Source of the DNA: a bacterium
GTDB lineage: Bacteria > DRYD01
Assembly: GCA_039630415.1 (NCBI GenBank)
Contig: JBCNVB010000014.1
Coordinates: forward strand, 1 to 25,356
Length of the DNA: 25,356 nt
Direction: 5' to 3'
The notes beneath the pieces were generated by a model, which saw only the letters and a list, made by a program, of their open reading frames with translations, did not search any database and had not been told where the DNA came from. Each line of letters opens with the position of its first letter. Within the stretch, counting starts at the first letter, position 1. This document shows, piece after piece, positions 1 through 9,125 of the stretch. Both the position numbers and the translations under genes were made by a program.

Positions 1-117
1 ATAGGAGCATTGGAACCCAAAATAAGACCTATAATCGCTCAGCTTGGTTTAAGAGCTCTAATCATCGGAAACCTAGCTAACTTCTCCTCCGCTGTATTAG
101 CCGGAATAATTGTTTAA
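1..117 (+). CDS. 3' end of a concentrative nucleoside transporter (NupC/CNT family), truncated by the window edge
   Basis: Manual translation of frame 1 gives IGALEPKIRPIIAQLGLRALIIGNLANFSSAVLAGIIV, stop TAA at 115-117. This matches the typical CNT C-terminus (G.laP.rr..ia.lGlrA...gtLAn..sa.iAG). Not in the ORF track. Confidence 0.8.
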   Translation: MGALEPKIRPIIAQLGLRALIIGNLANFSSAVLAGIIV

Positions 118-137
118 AGAAGATATTGGAAAATCTA

Positions 138-1181
138 CTAAAAACTTTTACTCAATTCTTTCTTTTTAACTTTAAAGCCGTGTTTTTTAGCTAGTAAACT
201 TATTTCCCTAATTTTATTTTCATCTATATTTCTACCAATACTATAATTTTCATATTTTTCTTCTGCAGTAAGAATTATGGTCTCTGCCATACAAGCTAGG
301 ACATTATTTTCCGGAAAACCTACTATATCATTCCAAGATAAATCATTAAACAACTTCTTAAAATTGGGTTCAGAAGGTAACTGAATAACTCCTCCTTCAA
401 TAACAGTAACATCTTTCCTTTTGGTTAAAACCTCTCTTGATGTATTGTGTGGCATAGAAATATCACAGATAATACTATTGTATTTCAGATAATCTGGGAA
501 TATAATTTCTGAAGGATGAGAAGTAGCGGTAATAATAACGTCAGAATTCATACAGCATGACTTTAAATCAGTGGAAACTATCAGATTTTCAGACTTAATT
601 TCATTTTTTAGTGAGTATAATCTTGACTTATTTCTAGCAACTGCAAATACTTTCTTGTATCCTTTATAAATTAGTTTAGTTATGGCTTTTCCAATAGCAC
701 CAGTAGCTCCCACAATAGAAACCACCAGATTACCTTTGTTCATTCCCTTTTCTTGGATAACGTTATCAAGTATTTCTAGCGAAGAGGCTACCGTATATGA
801 TGCACCTGAAGTAAAACATAGAACATCTCCAAAAGTTTTAACCAGATTCATTCCAGCTTTACCAACTATAGAAGTGAAAGCTCCCAAACCAACCATTCTT
901 GCACCAAACTTTATAGCTAGTTTGCTTGCCTCCATAAGTTTACTCATAGCAAGCTTTTCGTCAGATATAAACTGTTTTGATAACAACGGAATAACTATAA
1001 ACATCCCATAAATTTTATTTTCCAGTAAGGTTTGTATTTCCATTTCAACTGCTACAAATGGATCGATAAATTTAATTATGCTTTCTACAAAATCAACACT
1101 TTTAGTCTTCAAGACAGGTATAACTCTGTAAAGATCATTAATGTCAAGTGGATGTATAAAGAAAGCAAAAGGTCCTTTCAT
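138..1181 (-). CDS. Long-chain acyl-ACP reductase-like NAD(P)-dependent oxidoreductase (COG5322-type)
   Basis: N-terminal FAFFIHP, central GLGAFTSIV and TSG.SYT, Rossmann motif IVGATGAIG, C-terminal LACMAET (putative catalytic Cys) followed by YSIGR and AKKHGF. These are hallmarks of the cyanobacterial AAR-like family. Confidence 0.8.
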   Translation of the reverse strand: MKGPFAFFIHPLDINDLYRVIPVLKTKSVDFVESIIKFIDPFVAVEMEIQTLLENKIYGMFIVIPLLSKQFISDEKLAMSKLMEASKLAIKFGARMVGLGAFTSIVGKAGMNLVKTFGDVLCFTSGASYTVASSLEILDNVIQEKGMNKGNLVVSIVGATGAIGKAITKLIYKGYKKVFAVARNKSRLYSLKNEIKSENLIVSTDLKSCCMNSDVIITATSHPSEIIFPDYLKYNSIICDISMPHNTSREVLTKRKDVTVIEGGVIQLPSEPNFKKLFNDLSWNDIVGFPENNVLACMAETIILTAEEKYENYSIGRNIDENKIREISLLAKKHGFKVKKKELSKSF

Positions 1182-1182
1182 A

Positions 1183-1626
1183 TTACGAACTTATTTTTTC
1201 AGATCTTTCTTTTAGAGCCTTTAGCATATGCTGCACATTCTTTTTAACTTTAAATCTTATCGTTGGCATTATGAGACTAGATAACATAGGTATATTTACA
1301 TCAAAATCTAATTGGAGAACAAGCTTACATTTATTTTCAGAAATAGGTATTACTTGCCAATATCCTTCAAATTTATCAACGTCTCCTTTTACTAAGGTGT
1401 ATTCTAAGTACATTTTTTCCGGATAAAATACTTCTTTTTCCTCCCATTTGAAAAACATACCGTCTATACTAGCTTCCCATTGAGTTAATTGAATATTACC
1501 TTCTTTTTGGATAATTTTTACTGACTTTACGTCAGGTATAAATTCTGGGAATTTTTCTGTATCACTAGCTACTTGGAATACTAAGCTTGCTGGAGCATTT
1601 ATCTCTATTTCTTCTTTCAAAATCAT
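1183..1626 (-). CDS. SRPBCC/START-domain protein (polyketide cyclase/Coq10-RatA-like lipid-binding fold)
   Basis: 147 aa with EIEINAP..LVF.V.SD.EKFPEFIP.V and GDVDKFEGYW. Purine-rich RBS (GAGGGGAGAGGG) upstream; 1-nt gap to the downstream gene. Confidence 0.88.
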   Translation of the reverse strand: MILKEEIEINAPASLVFQVASDTEKFPEFIPDVKSVKIIQKEGNIQLTQWEASIDGMFFKWEEKEVFYPEKMYLEYTLVKGDVDKFEGYWQVIPISENKCKLVLQLDFDVNIPMLSSLIMPTIRFKVKKNVQHMLKALKERSEKISS

Positions 1627-1671
1627 TTACCCTCTCCCCTCTTGCTTACAGCCAAATCATTTGTAAATCTT

Positions 1672-2301
1672 TCATAAAGAATATTTTATATTTTTCTTCT
1701 TCAATTCCTTTATAAAATTTTCAAAAAACAGAATAAAATCAGAATGTACTTTCAAATTAACTCTTATTTGTTGTTCTTCATGAAGTATTTCAAATCTTTC
1801 TATCTTAATTTGGAAATTATCAAGTAAATCTTTTATAATGGTTATTTGTTTTTCATCATCTAAGAACACAGCAAACTCAACAGAAACATACTTGCTCACC
1901 AATTTTTGTTCAAGTATTCTAAATATGCTTATCATTAGTGCTACAAGTATAGTAGCTATAAAGGCTTGTATAATCATTTTGGTACCTATCAGCATTCCGA
2001 TAGAAGCAGCAACCCATAAAGTTGCTGCTGTAGTTAATCCCATAACCTTGAGTTCACTTCTAAGTATTACTCCAGCTCCTAGGAAACCTACTCCACTTAC
2101 TATCTGTGCTGCAACTTTGGAATCCTTAAAAGGTTCAAATCCATTAACAGAACAAAACGTGAAAAATGAGCTGCCCATCACAACTAAAGTTACAGTTTTT
2201 ATCCCAGCAGGTTTATTATGAATTTCCCTTTCGAAACCAAGCACAAAGCCACATATAATTGAAGATATACCGATAATCACAAAATCTAGTATACTATTCA
2301 T
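1672..2301 (-). CDS. MgtC/SapB family membrane protein with C-terminal ACT-like domain
   Basis: LGFERE..NKPAGIKT, AAQIVSGVGFLGAGVI and GLTTAATLW signatures. Confidence 0.93.
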   Translation of the reverse strand: MNSILDFVIIGISSIICGFVLGFEREIHNKPAGIKTVTLVVMGSSFFTFCSVNGFEPFKDSKVAAQIVSGVGFLGAGVILRSELKVMGLTTAATLWVAASIGMLIGTKMIIQAFIATILVALMISIFRILEQKLVSKYVSVEFAVFLDDEKQITIIKDLLDNFQIKIERFEILHEEQQIRVNLKVHSDFILFFENFIKELKKKNIKYSL

Positions 2302-2318
2302 ATTCCTGAATTCTAACT

Positions 2319-3050
2319 CTACAAATTACCAATGATATCTATAAAATTGAATGGATTCCAACTTGCTGAACCTATTAAAGCTCCATCTAAAGTTGTTTTT
2401 TGTATAATTTCACGTATGAAACCCTTGTCTACACTACCCCCGTATAAAATCTTTGCTTGCCAATTGTATTCTCTTAGTACAAACTCTCTTATGAATTTCT
2501 CCATCTCTATCAAATCATTTATATCAATAGGTATGCCCGTGCCTATAGCCCATACCGGCTCATATGCTATAGTAATCAATTCAAAATTGGTTACTCCCCT
2601 TAGAGCCTCACTTATTTGTTGCTGTATTGTTTGTTTTGTTCTACCTTGTTTTCTTTCGTCTAGAGTTTCACCTACACACAATATCGATTCTAAACTATTT
2701 TTTTGTAATAGCAATATTTTTTTATTGATTATTTCATTTGTTTCATTGAATATGTGTCTTCTTTCGGAGTGTCCAACTATCGAACCCTTAAAATTAATGG
2801 ATTTTAGCATGGATATGGTTACTTCACCGGTATAAGCTCCTCCTTCTACATGGGATATATTCTGTGAAAAAACATCCAATGTAGTAAAATTAGTTGATAA
2901 GTGGTGTATATAGGGATAAGGTACAGCAGCTATCACCCTTATATTAGAACTATGCAACTTTTCAATGTAACTTGTAACTTTTTCAAACCAGTCTATTGCT
3001 TCTTGAAGAGTGAAGTTAGCTTTCCAATTGGAAGCTATTATATATTTCAA
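2319..3050 (-). CDS. tpiA: Triosephosphate isomerase
   Basis: NWK, GAYTGEV, GHSERRH, AYEPVWAIGTG and LYGGSV motifs. The TTG start overlaps the upstream stop (TTGA). Confidence 0.97.
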   Translation of the reverse strand: MKYIIASNWKANFTLQEAIDWFEKVTSYIEKLHSSNIRVIAAVPYPYIHHLSTNFTTLDVFSQNISHVEGGAYTGEVTISMLKSINFKGSIVGHSERRHIFNETNEIINKKILLLQKNSLESILCVGETLDERKQGRTKQTIQQQISEALRGVTNFELITIAYEPVWAIGTGIPIDINDLIEMEKFIREFVLREYNWQAKILYGGSVDKGFIREIIQKTTLDGALIGSASWNPFNFIDIIGNL

Positions 3051-3883
3051 GTGTAGCTCCTTAAAAGTTTTTTTACTTTTTCCTGTTGGTACAATTCACT
3101 TTGTACAGGTATATTTCCATTTAGAGCAGAGGATTCAAAAGTTGGTTTATTTTCTTTATAAAATACTCCTGTATAGTAGCGATATTCTGTTGATTTATAT
3201 ATGGCTTTACATAAGTCATTTGTATATTGCTCATCTAGCTCTTTTATCTTATTTTTAAAAGTTTTTACGTCTTCATCTCTATAGTAGGTTATGCATGGTG
3301 ATAAGATGTTAACGAAAGAGAAACCTTTATGTTGGATAGCCTCTTTGATTATATTAAACGTTTTATTTATATCTAATGCGAAGCATTGGGCTACAAAGGT
3401 AGCACCAGCCGTTAAAGCCAAAGTTACAGAATTTACTGGTTCATCAAAGTTACCTTTTGGAGTAGTTGGAGTAACTAATCCGTGAGGAGAAGTAGGGGAT
3501 ACCTGACCCTTGGTTAAACCATATACGAAATTATCAAACATTATAACCGTTATATCAATGTTTTTTCTTGCAGTATGAATAAAGTGTGTTCCACCGATAG
3601 AAATCAAATCTCCATCACCGCTTACAACCACCACATTCATTAAAGGATTAGAGAGTTTAAAGCCCAGAGCAACAGGTAGTGGTCTTCCATGCAAAGTATG
3701 AATAGTGTACACGTTAATATAGCTTGTTATTCTACCTGTACATCCTATTCCACCGATTAAAACCAGGTTAGTTTCATCGAATCCCATATCTGCAAAGGTT
3801 TTGTAAATTGATTGCAAATCAGCAAAGTATGTACATCCTGGACACCATTGGGGTTTTATCTCTGTCTGCAACTGCTTAGACAT
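3047..3883 (-). CDS. 2-oxoacid:ferredoxin oxidoreductase beta subunit (TPP-binding, KorB/PorB family)
   Basis: WCPGC, GIGC, HTLHGR, GDGD...IG..H, DN.VYGLTKGQ.SPT and LSPC motifs. Substrate cannot be determined. Confidence 0.95.
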   Translation of the reverse strand: MSKQLQTEIKPQWCPGCTYFADLQSIYKTFADMGFDETNLVLIGGIGCTGRITSYINVYTIHTLHGRPLPVALGFKLSNPLMNVVVVSGDGDLISIGGTHFIHTARKNIDITVIMFDNFVYGLTKGQVSPTSPHGLVTPTTPKGNFDEPVNSVTLALTAGATFVAQCFALDINKTFNIIKEAIQHKGFSFVNILSPCITYYRDEDVKTFKNKIKELDEQYTNDLCKAIYKSTEYRYYTGVFYKENKPTFESSALNGNIPVQSELYQQEKVKKLLRSYT

Positions 3884-3885
3884 CT

Positions 3886-4887
3886 CTATATTCCCCCTCG
3901 TATAAATTTATACAACCACAAGAATAATCCTACAAAGATAAAAATCGAGTTTACTAGATTGAATCTTAACAAAATAGCTTTTTCATTATATCCCATTAAC
4001 TCAAAATGGTGGTGTAAAGGTGTTATATTAAATAGCCTTTTACCATTTGTAAACTTAAAATACAAAACCTGTAAAATAACAGACAGAGCAACAAGGAAGT
4101 AAATATATCCTAAGAATAGAAAGTATGGTTCAGTTTTTGATACAATACAAAAGTATACAAACAAAGAACCGATTGTCATCGATCCGGCATCACCCATAAA
4201 AATTTTCGCCTTTGGAAAATTATAGTATAAAAAAATTGAAATAAAGCAAATGATACCGAGCAATAAGTAAATAATGTTAGAGCTAAACAGAACAGGATCT
4301 ATTAAGAAAATAGTTACAAATGCAAGGAAAGTTGACAACGAAACAGAGGCCAGTAATCCATCAAGTCCATCAGTTAAATTAGTAGCATTTGTAGTTCCAG
4401 AAAAGAATACAAATAGAAAAATTAGATAAAACCATCCTAAATCTATAGATTTATCAGCAAAAATTAAAGTTGTAAATCCACAACCAAATTTATCAATAAA
4501 GTATTGGTTATTCATGTAAAGTATAAACCAGGCTACAGTTGATATTAAAAGTTGTAGAAATAGCTTATCACGTGCTCTTAATCCCAGATTACGTTTATTC
4601 AATATTTTCATTAAATCATCATAAAACCCAATCCCTAGACTACCTAATGTAAGAACAATAAATAAACTATACAAAGGTAGTGGTTGTAGGTAATTGATTA
4701 CGAGAGATAGGGCAACTATGCAAAGAGAAAATATAATTCCACCTGCAGTAGGAGTGCCTTGTTTAGATTTGTGATGATAAGGAGCATCCTCTCTTATATA
4801 CTGTCCCACTTTAACCCTCTTAACATAGTAATCATACGCCCAAAAACTTAAAATACTTAGCAAACCTATTAGACCTATGATTATCAT
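3886..4887 (-). CDS. mraY: Phospho-N-acetylmuramoyl-pentapeptide transferase
   Basis: GQ.IRED.P..H..K.GTPT.GG, GFYDD, NATNLTDGLDGL, FMGDAGS and PLHHHFE motifs; multiple TM helices. Confidence 0.97.
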   Translation of the reverse strand: MIIIGLIGLLSILSFWAYDYYVKRVKVGQYIREDAPYHHKSKQGTPTAGGIIFSLCIVALSLVINYLQPLPLYSLFIVLTLGSLGIGFYDDLMKILNKRNLGLRARDKLFLQLLISTVAWFILYMNNQYFIDKFGCGFTTLIFADKSIDLGWFYLIFLFVFFSGTTNATNLTDGLDGLLASVSLSTFLAFVTIFLIDPVLFSSNIIYLLLGIICFISIFLYYNFPKAKIFMGDAGSMTIGSLFVYFCIVSKTEPYFLFLGYIYFLVALSVILQVLYFKFTNGKRLFNITPLHHHFELMGYNEKAILLRFNLVNSIFIFVGLFLWLYKFIRGGI

Positions 4888-6662
4888 ACTTTGATTATCT
4901 CTATTTCTGATTTATGTTGCAATACATTTTCTGCAAGTCTTTGAATAGATAACTCAATTAACTGAGATACAGCCATATCGTTATATGGATACACAGAACA
5001 AACCATAGAACTATCAGAAATATAACCCAATAACTTAATTTTACTATCAACTATGACTTTAATTCTGTTACAAACCAAATCAACTTTTTCTTTGTCTGTT
5101 TTAGTTAGCACTACCATTATGGTTCCATTTCCTACGAAAGATATCAAATCAGATTCTCTTATGGTTGACTTTATAGCTAGATTTATTTGTTTAATTAATT
5201 TAATATCTTCTTCAGACAAACTTTCCAGTCCTTTACCAAATATTTCTGGGCAGGATAGTAAGACAAGAGCAAAAAATTCGTTATATCTTTTAGCATTGAA
5301 GCTCAGATTATTTATAAATTCCCATATAAACTCTGCACTATAACAAGATAGAACATCATCCCATATAACACGATTAACAGACTTACTGTAAGCAATTGCT
5401 GTATAAAGCATGATACCTATGAATCTAGAAAGATCCCACAAAAATCCTTCACTTATCTCTTGATATTTATCTAAAGACAAGTAAGAAATATATAACATGC
5501 CTATTTTTTTATTTGCGACGATTATTGGTACAGATACAGCAAACTGTTCTTTGGGATAAAAAGGTCTTATAACTGATTCTTCATCCCTATTTGCAAAACT
5601 TATTCTACCATGAACAAAAGATTGAATATACATCTCTTCAACCTCTATTTTTTTGTAGCTATAATAAAACTCTGCATTTTGACCTGAAACAAGAAAAGTA
5701 TCAACTACACCATTTATTTCATCTCTTGTGAAAATAACAAGTGTATCATATGGTATGTAATTCGAGACTATTTCAATGATATTTTCGGAAATTTTATACA
5801 AACTCTGAAAATTTGTTATGTTATCAGTCAAATATGTTAATATTTCTCGCATATTCTGAAGCAGGTTTCTATTTTCTTCTAGATCACGCATAACATTATC
5901 TAGCGTTTGATTTAGTTCTTTGATCGTTTTATCTTTTAAGATCATTTCACTATTGAGAGATTTAATCTGATTATAAGCTTCATCTTTTCTCGTTTGATAC
6001 TCTTTTATAACCTTTTCCATTTCTACATTAAAAGCAACCCTTTCCTGTTCTAATTCATTTTTGAGATTTTCTATTTGCTTCTCATACTGATATATTTTGT
6101 TTTCAAGTTCACCAATATTGGATACTAATAACTCACTTTGGTCCTTATATGTATTTATTTGAACAGAAAAAGCATTTATTATTCTGTTCATAAATACGAA
6201 AGTAAGTATTAGTAAAATGCTAAATAAGATGTTAATAACGGAATAAGACATAAGAGTAGGGAAGAGAGGATCTGAAATAAGCGAAAAAATAGAAGAAAAG
6301 CCAACTATTGAGAATACACAACTAATAGCAACTAACGCATATTTTATATATCCGTCAACAAATTGGATTGCAGTAGAAGTAGGTATCATAAAAGAAGCTA
6401 ATAATCCAAAGGGATTTTTGGATACAAAAATGTAGGTTGATGATAATATTGATTCAATAACACAGCTAACTAATACACCACTTCTCCTTTTAGGCATAAT
6501 GATGAAAATCACATTCCAAACAATTAAAGCAATCAATATAATTGCTACGTATATATAAACATCAGCTACTAAGGAATTAAAAAGTAAGTACTGCGTTAAC
6601 CCAATTATAAACAGACAAAATATTCTGCCAAAATAGTTAACCCAATAATATTGATTAAGCAT
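4884..6662 (-). CDS. Membrane protein with coiled coil, GAF domain and degenerate GGDEF domain (putative c-di-GMP receptor)
   Basis: About 5-6 N-terminal TM segments, a long E/K/Q-rich coiled coil, a GAF-like core (SVPIIVANKKIGMLYI) and a C-terminal GGDEF-like fold (AKRYNEFFALVLL...IRESDLISFVGNGTIMVVL). Confidence 0.78.
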   Translation of the reverse strand: MLNQYYWVNYFGRIFCLFIIGLTQYLLFNSLVADVYIYVAIILIALIVWNVIFIIMPKRRSGVLVSCVIESILSSTYIFVSKNPFGLLASFMIPTSTAIQFVDGYIKYALVAISCVFSIVGFSSIFSLISDPLFPTLMSYSVINILFSILLILTFVFMNRIINAFSVQINTYKDQSELLVSNIGELENKIYQYEKQIENLKNELEQERVAFNVEMEKVIKEYQTRKDEAYNQIKSLNSEMILKDKTIKELNQTLDNVMRDLEENRNLLQNMREILTYLTDNITNFQSLYKISENIIEIVSNYIPYDTLVIFTRDEINGVVDTFLVSGQNAEFYYSYKKIEVEEMYIQSFVHGRISFANRDEESVIRPFYPKEQFAVSVPIIVANKKIGMLYISYLSLDKYQEISEGFLWDLSRFIGIMLYTAIAYSKSVNRVIWDDVLSCYSAEFIWEFINNLSFNAKRYNEFFALVLLSCPEIFGKGLESLSEEDIKLIKQINLAIKSTIRESDLISFVGNGTIMVVLTKTDKEKVDLVCNRIKVIVDSKIKLLGYISDSSMVCSVYPYNDMAVSQLIELSIQRLAENVLQHKSEIEIIKV

Positions 6663-7497
6663 ACATAGTTTCGATAGAGATATTAATAAGACTTTTTACC
6701 AACTCAGCTGCTTTTTTAGTATTCTCAAGTACTTCTTGGTGAGTTACACCATGTTTTACAACCTCTTCAGCTATGTCTGTAATAACAGAAAATCCGACTA
6801 CTCTTATACCACCGTGTCTTGCTGTGATAACTTCTGGTACCGTAGACATTCCTACAGCATCAACACCGAGCAATTTTAGCATTCTAAGCTCGGCAGGTGT
6901 TTCATAAGTTGGACCCGGTACCATACAATAAACACCTTCTTTTATCCTTTCATCATTAGGCATTTTTTGTTTTATCCTAATTATCCATTCTTGATCATAG
7001 GCATTTTGCATGCTTAAAAATCTAGGACCAAAATCAGACAGATTAGGTCCTCTAAGAGGATTTTCCGACATAAATAGCGATATATGATCCTTTATTATCA
7101 TTACATCTCCCACTCTAAACGTTGGATTTATCCCACCTGAAGCATTCGTTACTATTAGATTTTTTACTCCCATATAGTCAAAAACTCTAATTGGAAATAC
7201 AACTCTATGCATAGGATATCCCTCATAAAAATGGAATCTACCCTGCATGAATAAAATTCTAAATGATAGATAAGAACATAGAGTTAACTTTCCTTTATGC
7301 CCCTCAACTGTTGTAAGAGAAAAACCAGGTATTTCTCCATAACTAACCTGCTGTATCTTTTCAAAACTTTCAGCTATATCATTTAACCCAGAACCAAGTA
7401 TAACTACGACGTCTATGTTTTCAAATTTTTTTGACTGCAAATAGTTAGCAGCCCGTTGAATTTGATCCAGATAATTTTCAATATCTAGATACTCCAT
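6655..7497 (-). CDS. punA: Purine nucleoside phosphorylase, trimeric (PunA/XapA-like) family
   Basis: ILGSGL, VEGHKG, QGRFHFYEG, TNASGG, GPTYETPAE and GMSTVPE motifs. Strong RBS AGGAGGTGA. Confidence 0.93.
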   Translation of the reverse strand: MEYLDIENYLDQIQRAANYLQSKKFENIDVVVILGSGLNDIAESFEKIQQVSYGEIPGFSLTTVEGHKGKLTLCSYLSFRILFMQGRFHFYEGYPMHRVVFPIRVFDYMGVKNLIVTNASGGINPTFRVGDVMIIKDHISLFMSENPLRGPNLSDFGPRFLSMQNAYDQEWIIRIKQKMPNDERIKEGVYCMVPGPTYETPAELRMLKLLGVDAVGMSTVPEVITARHGGIRVVGFSVITDIAEEVVKHGVTHQEVLENTKKAAELVKSLINISIETMYA

Positions 7498-7507
7498 TTT
7501 TCACCTC

Positions 7508-8416
7508 CTAGATGAATTCATCACAAAAAATGCTACCTACCAAATTATATACGTTATATCCATCATTTCCCTTTACAAAAACAACTCTCTTAATATCATA
7601 ATTTTCTATCATCGATAAATTTCTCAACAGATTATCAAGAAAAGTATTTTTGAATAGTTTTTCAGAAAGAATGATTTTTCCAGCGATAAAGACTAGATCT
7701 GGATCAAGTATGTAAATTAGATTAGAAACCAATAAAGCTAACATTTTCGAGAATCTATTAAAAAGCTTTCTAACTTTTTGGGGTGATTCATTTTGAATAA
7801 TAGAAAGAAGATTTTGATAATGTTTATTGTTGTATTGATTATAGTAATTAGTTAAAGCTTTTGCTGAAGCAAAGGTTTCAATGCATCCCATGCTTCCACA
7901 TCCACAAGTATATGACTTTCGATTTATTTTGGTATGTCCTATTTCCATAGCAGAGAAATTTGCACCTAGAAGCAATTTATTATTTATGATAGCACCTCCA
8001 CCTATACCAGTACCTATAACGACATAAATAATGTTTTGATCACTTAAATTCATGGTTTTAAAAATCCCAACAGCACCAGCATTGGCATCGTTACAAACAT
8101 TAACCTTCTCAATCATTACCCCCCTACTCATTGCTATTCTTTTTATTACAGACGCATCCAAATTTTTCCATTTTAGTAAATTAGGACATTTTATAACTAA
8201 TGATTTATAACTATCAACTGTTCCAGGTATCGCTAAACCCAACTTATGGATTCTTACTATATCCCTTTTTAATAGTTCCTGCATCAAAAAATCTACAAAA
8301 TCATCAAAAGAATAATTCTGATTAATATCAATAGATGCCAAAATATTCACAGAAAAGTCGTGATTAATTACTGCCATATCAATATGACTTCCACCTATAT
8401 CAACACCGATCTTCAT
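7508..8416 (-). CDS. ROK family sugar kinase (glucokinase-like)
   Basis: GVDIGGS, NDANAG, IGTGIGG and EIGH...CGCGSMGCIE zinc motif. No N-terminal HTH, so it is kinase-type rather than a repressor. Confidence 0.92.
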   Translation of the reverse strand: MKIGVDIGGSHIDMAVINHDFSVNILASIDINQNYSFDDFVDFLMQELLKRDIVRIHKLGLAIPGTVDSYKSLVIKCPNLLKWKNLDASVIKRIAMSRGVMIEKVNVCNDANAGAVGIFKTMNLSDQNIIYVVIGTGIGGGAIINNKLLLGANFSAMEIGHTKINRKSYTCGCGSMGCIETFASAKALTNYYNQYNNKHYQNLLSIIQNESPQKVRKLFNRFSKMLALLVSNLIYILDPDLVFIAGKIILSEKLFKNTFLDNLLRNLSMIENYDIKRVVFVKGNDGYNVYNLVGSIFCDEFI

Positions 8417-8441
8417 TCTTGTATCCTAACTTTGTGAACCT

Positions 8442-9125
8442 CTATGGTTGTATTACTAGCTTTAGTTTACCTCCTTTTATAGTATGTATCTTTAAGTTTG
8501 CAATCTTTGAAAACTTTCTTCTAAGATTGTAAATTATAACGGGGATTTGAGATAAATCTATATTAAGCTCAGAAATTATTGATTCTATATCCACAATTTT
8601 GTTAACGTTACAGATCAAAATCTCGAAAAGTTTGGACTCATTATAGGTTAGGTTAAATAAGAAATGATAGAAATTATCTTTGTATATTAATATGTTACCA
8701 GATAGCTTATCGAAGTAGTAATCCGAACATATATGAATATACTCTTTATTGGCTTTTGATATTCTTTTTATCCAATTGTTTATTTTTGCAAGGAGTTCTT
8801 GGGGATTATAGGGTTTGACGATATAATCCTCAGCTCCTAACTCTAAAGCAATTATCTTTTCAATATCACTATCAATCGATGTTAAAAAAATTACCACTCC
8901 TTCAGGGTAGAACTCTCGGTATTCCTTGTAAAGATCTGTTCCTTTACCATCAGGAAGATTAATGTCAAGAATAAGGATATGAGGTCTATTTTTATAGATG
9001 ACCTGCCTAGCGGAAGCTATACTGTCGCAAACAAACACATCCAAATTGTTGAATCTACTCTTAATCAGTTTCCGAACATTTTCTGCGATATTCTGCTCAT
9101 CCTCAACTATCAGAATCTTGATCAT
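8442..9125 (-). CDS. OmpR/PhoB-family response regulator
   Basis: Receiver motifs ILIVEDE, LDINLPD (phospho-Asp), FLTS and GAEDYIVKPY; C-terminal winged helix (LT..E.KLF..L, IYNLRRK, IHTIKG). Confidence 0.93.
   Translation of the reverse strand: MIKILIVEDEQNIAENVRKLIKSRFNNLDVFVCDSIASARQVIYKNRPHILILDINLPDGKGTDLYKEYREFYPEGVVIFLTSIDSDIEKIIALELGAEDYIVKPYNPQELLAKINNWIKRISKANKEYIHICSDYYFDKLSGNILIYKDNFYHFLFNLTYNESKLFEILICNVNKIVDIESIISELNIDLSQIPVIIYNLRRKFSKIANLKIHTIKGGKLKLVIQP

Noticed and set aside
138-1181. Shikimate dehydrogenase or glutamyl-tRNA reductase label
   Set aside because: Only the Rossmann region is similar. AroE motifs (e.g. SxSP, NVTxPxK, NTD) are absent and AAR-like motifs are present.
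4884-6662. Active diguanylate cyclase
   Set aside because: The GG(D/E)EF site is replaced by GNGTI and the metal-binding DxDxFK and NDxxGH motifs are missing.
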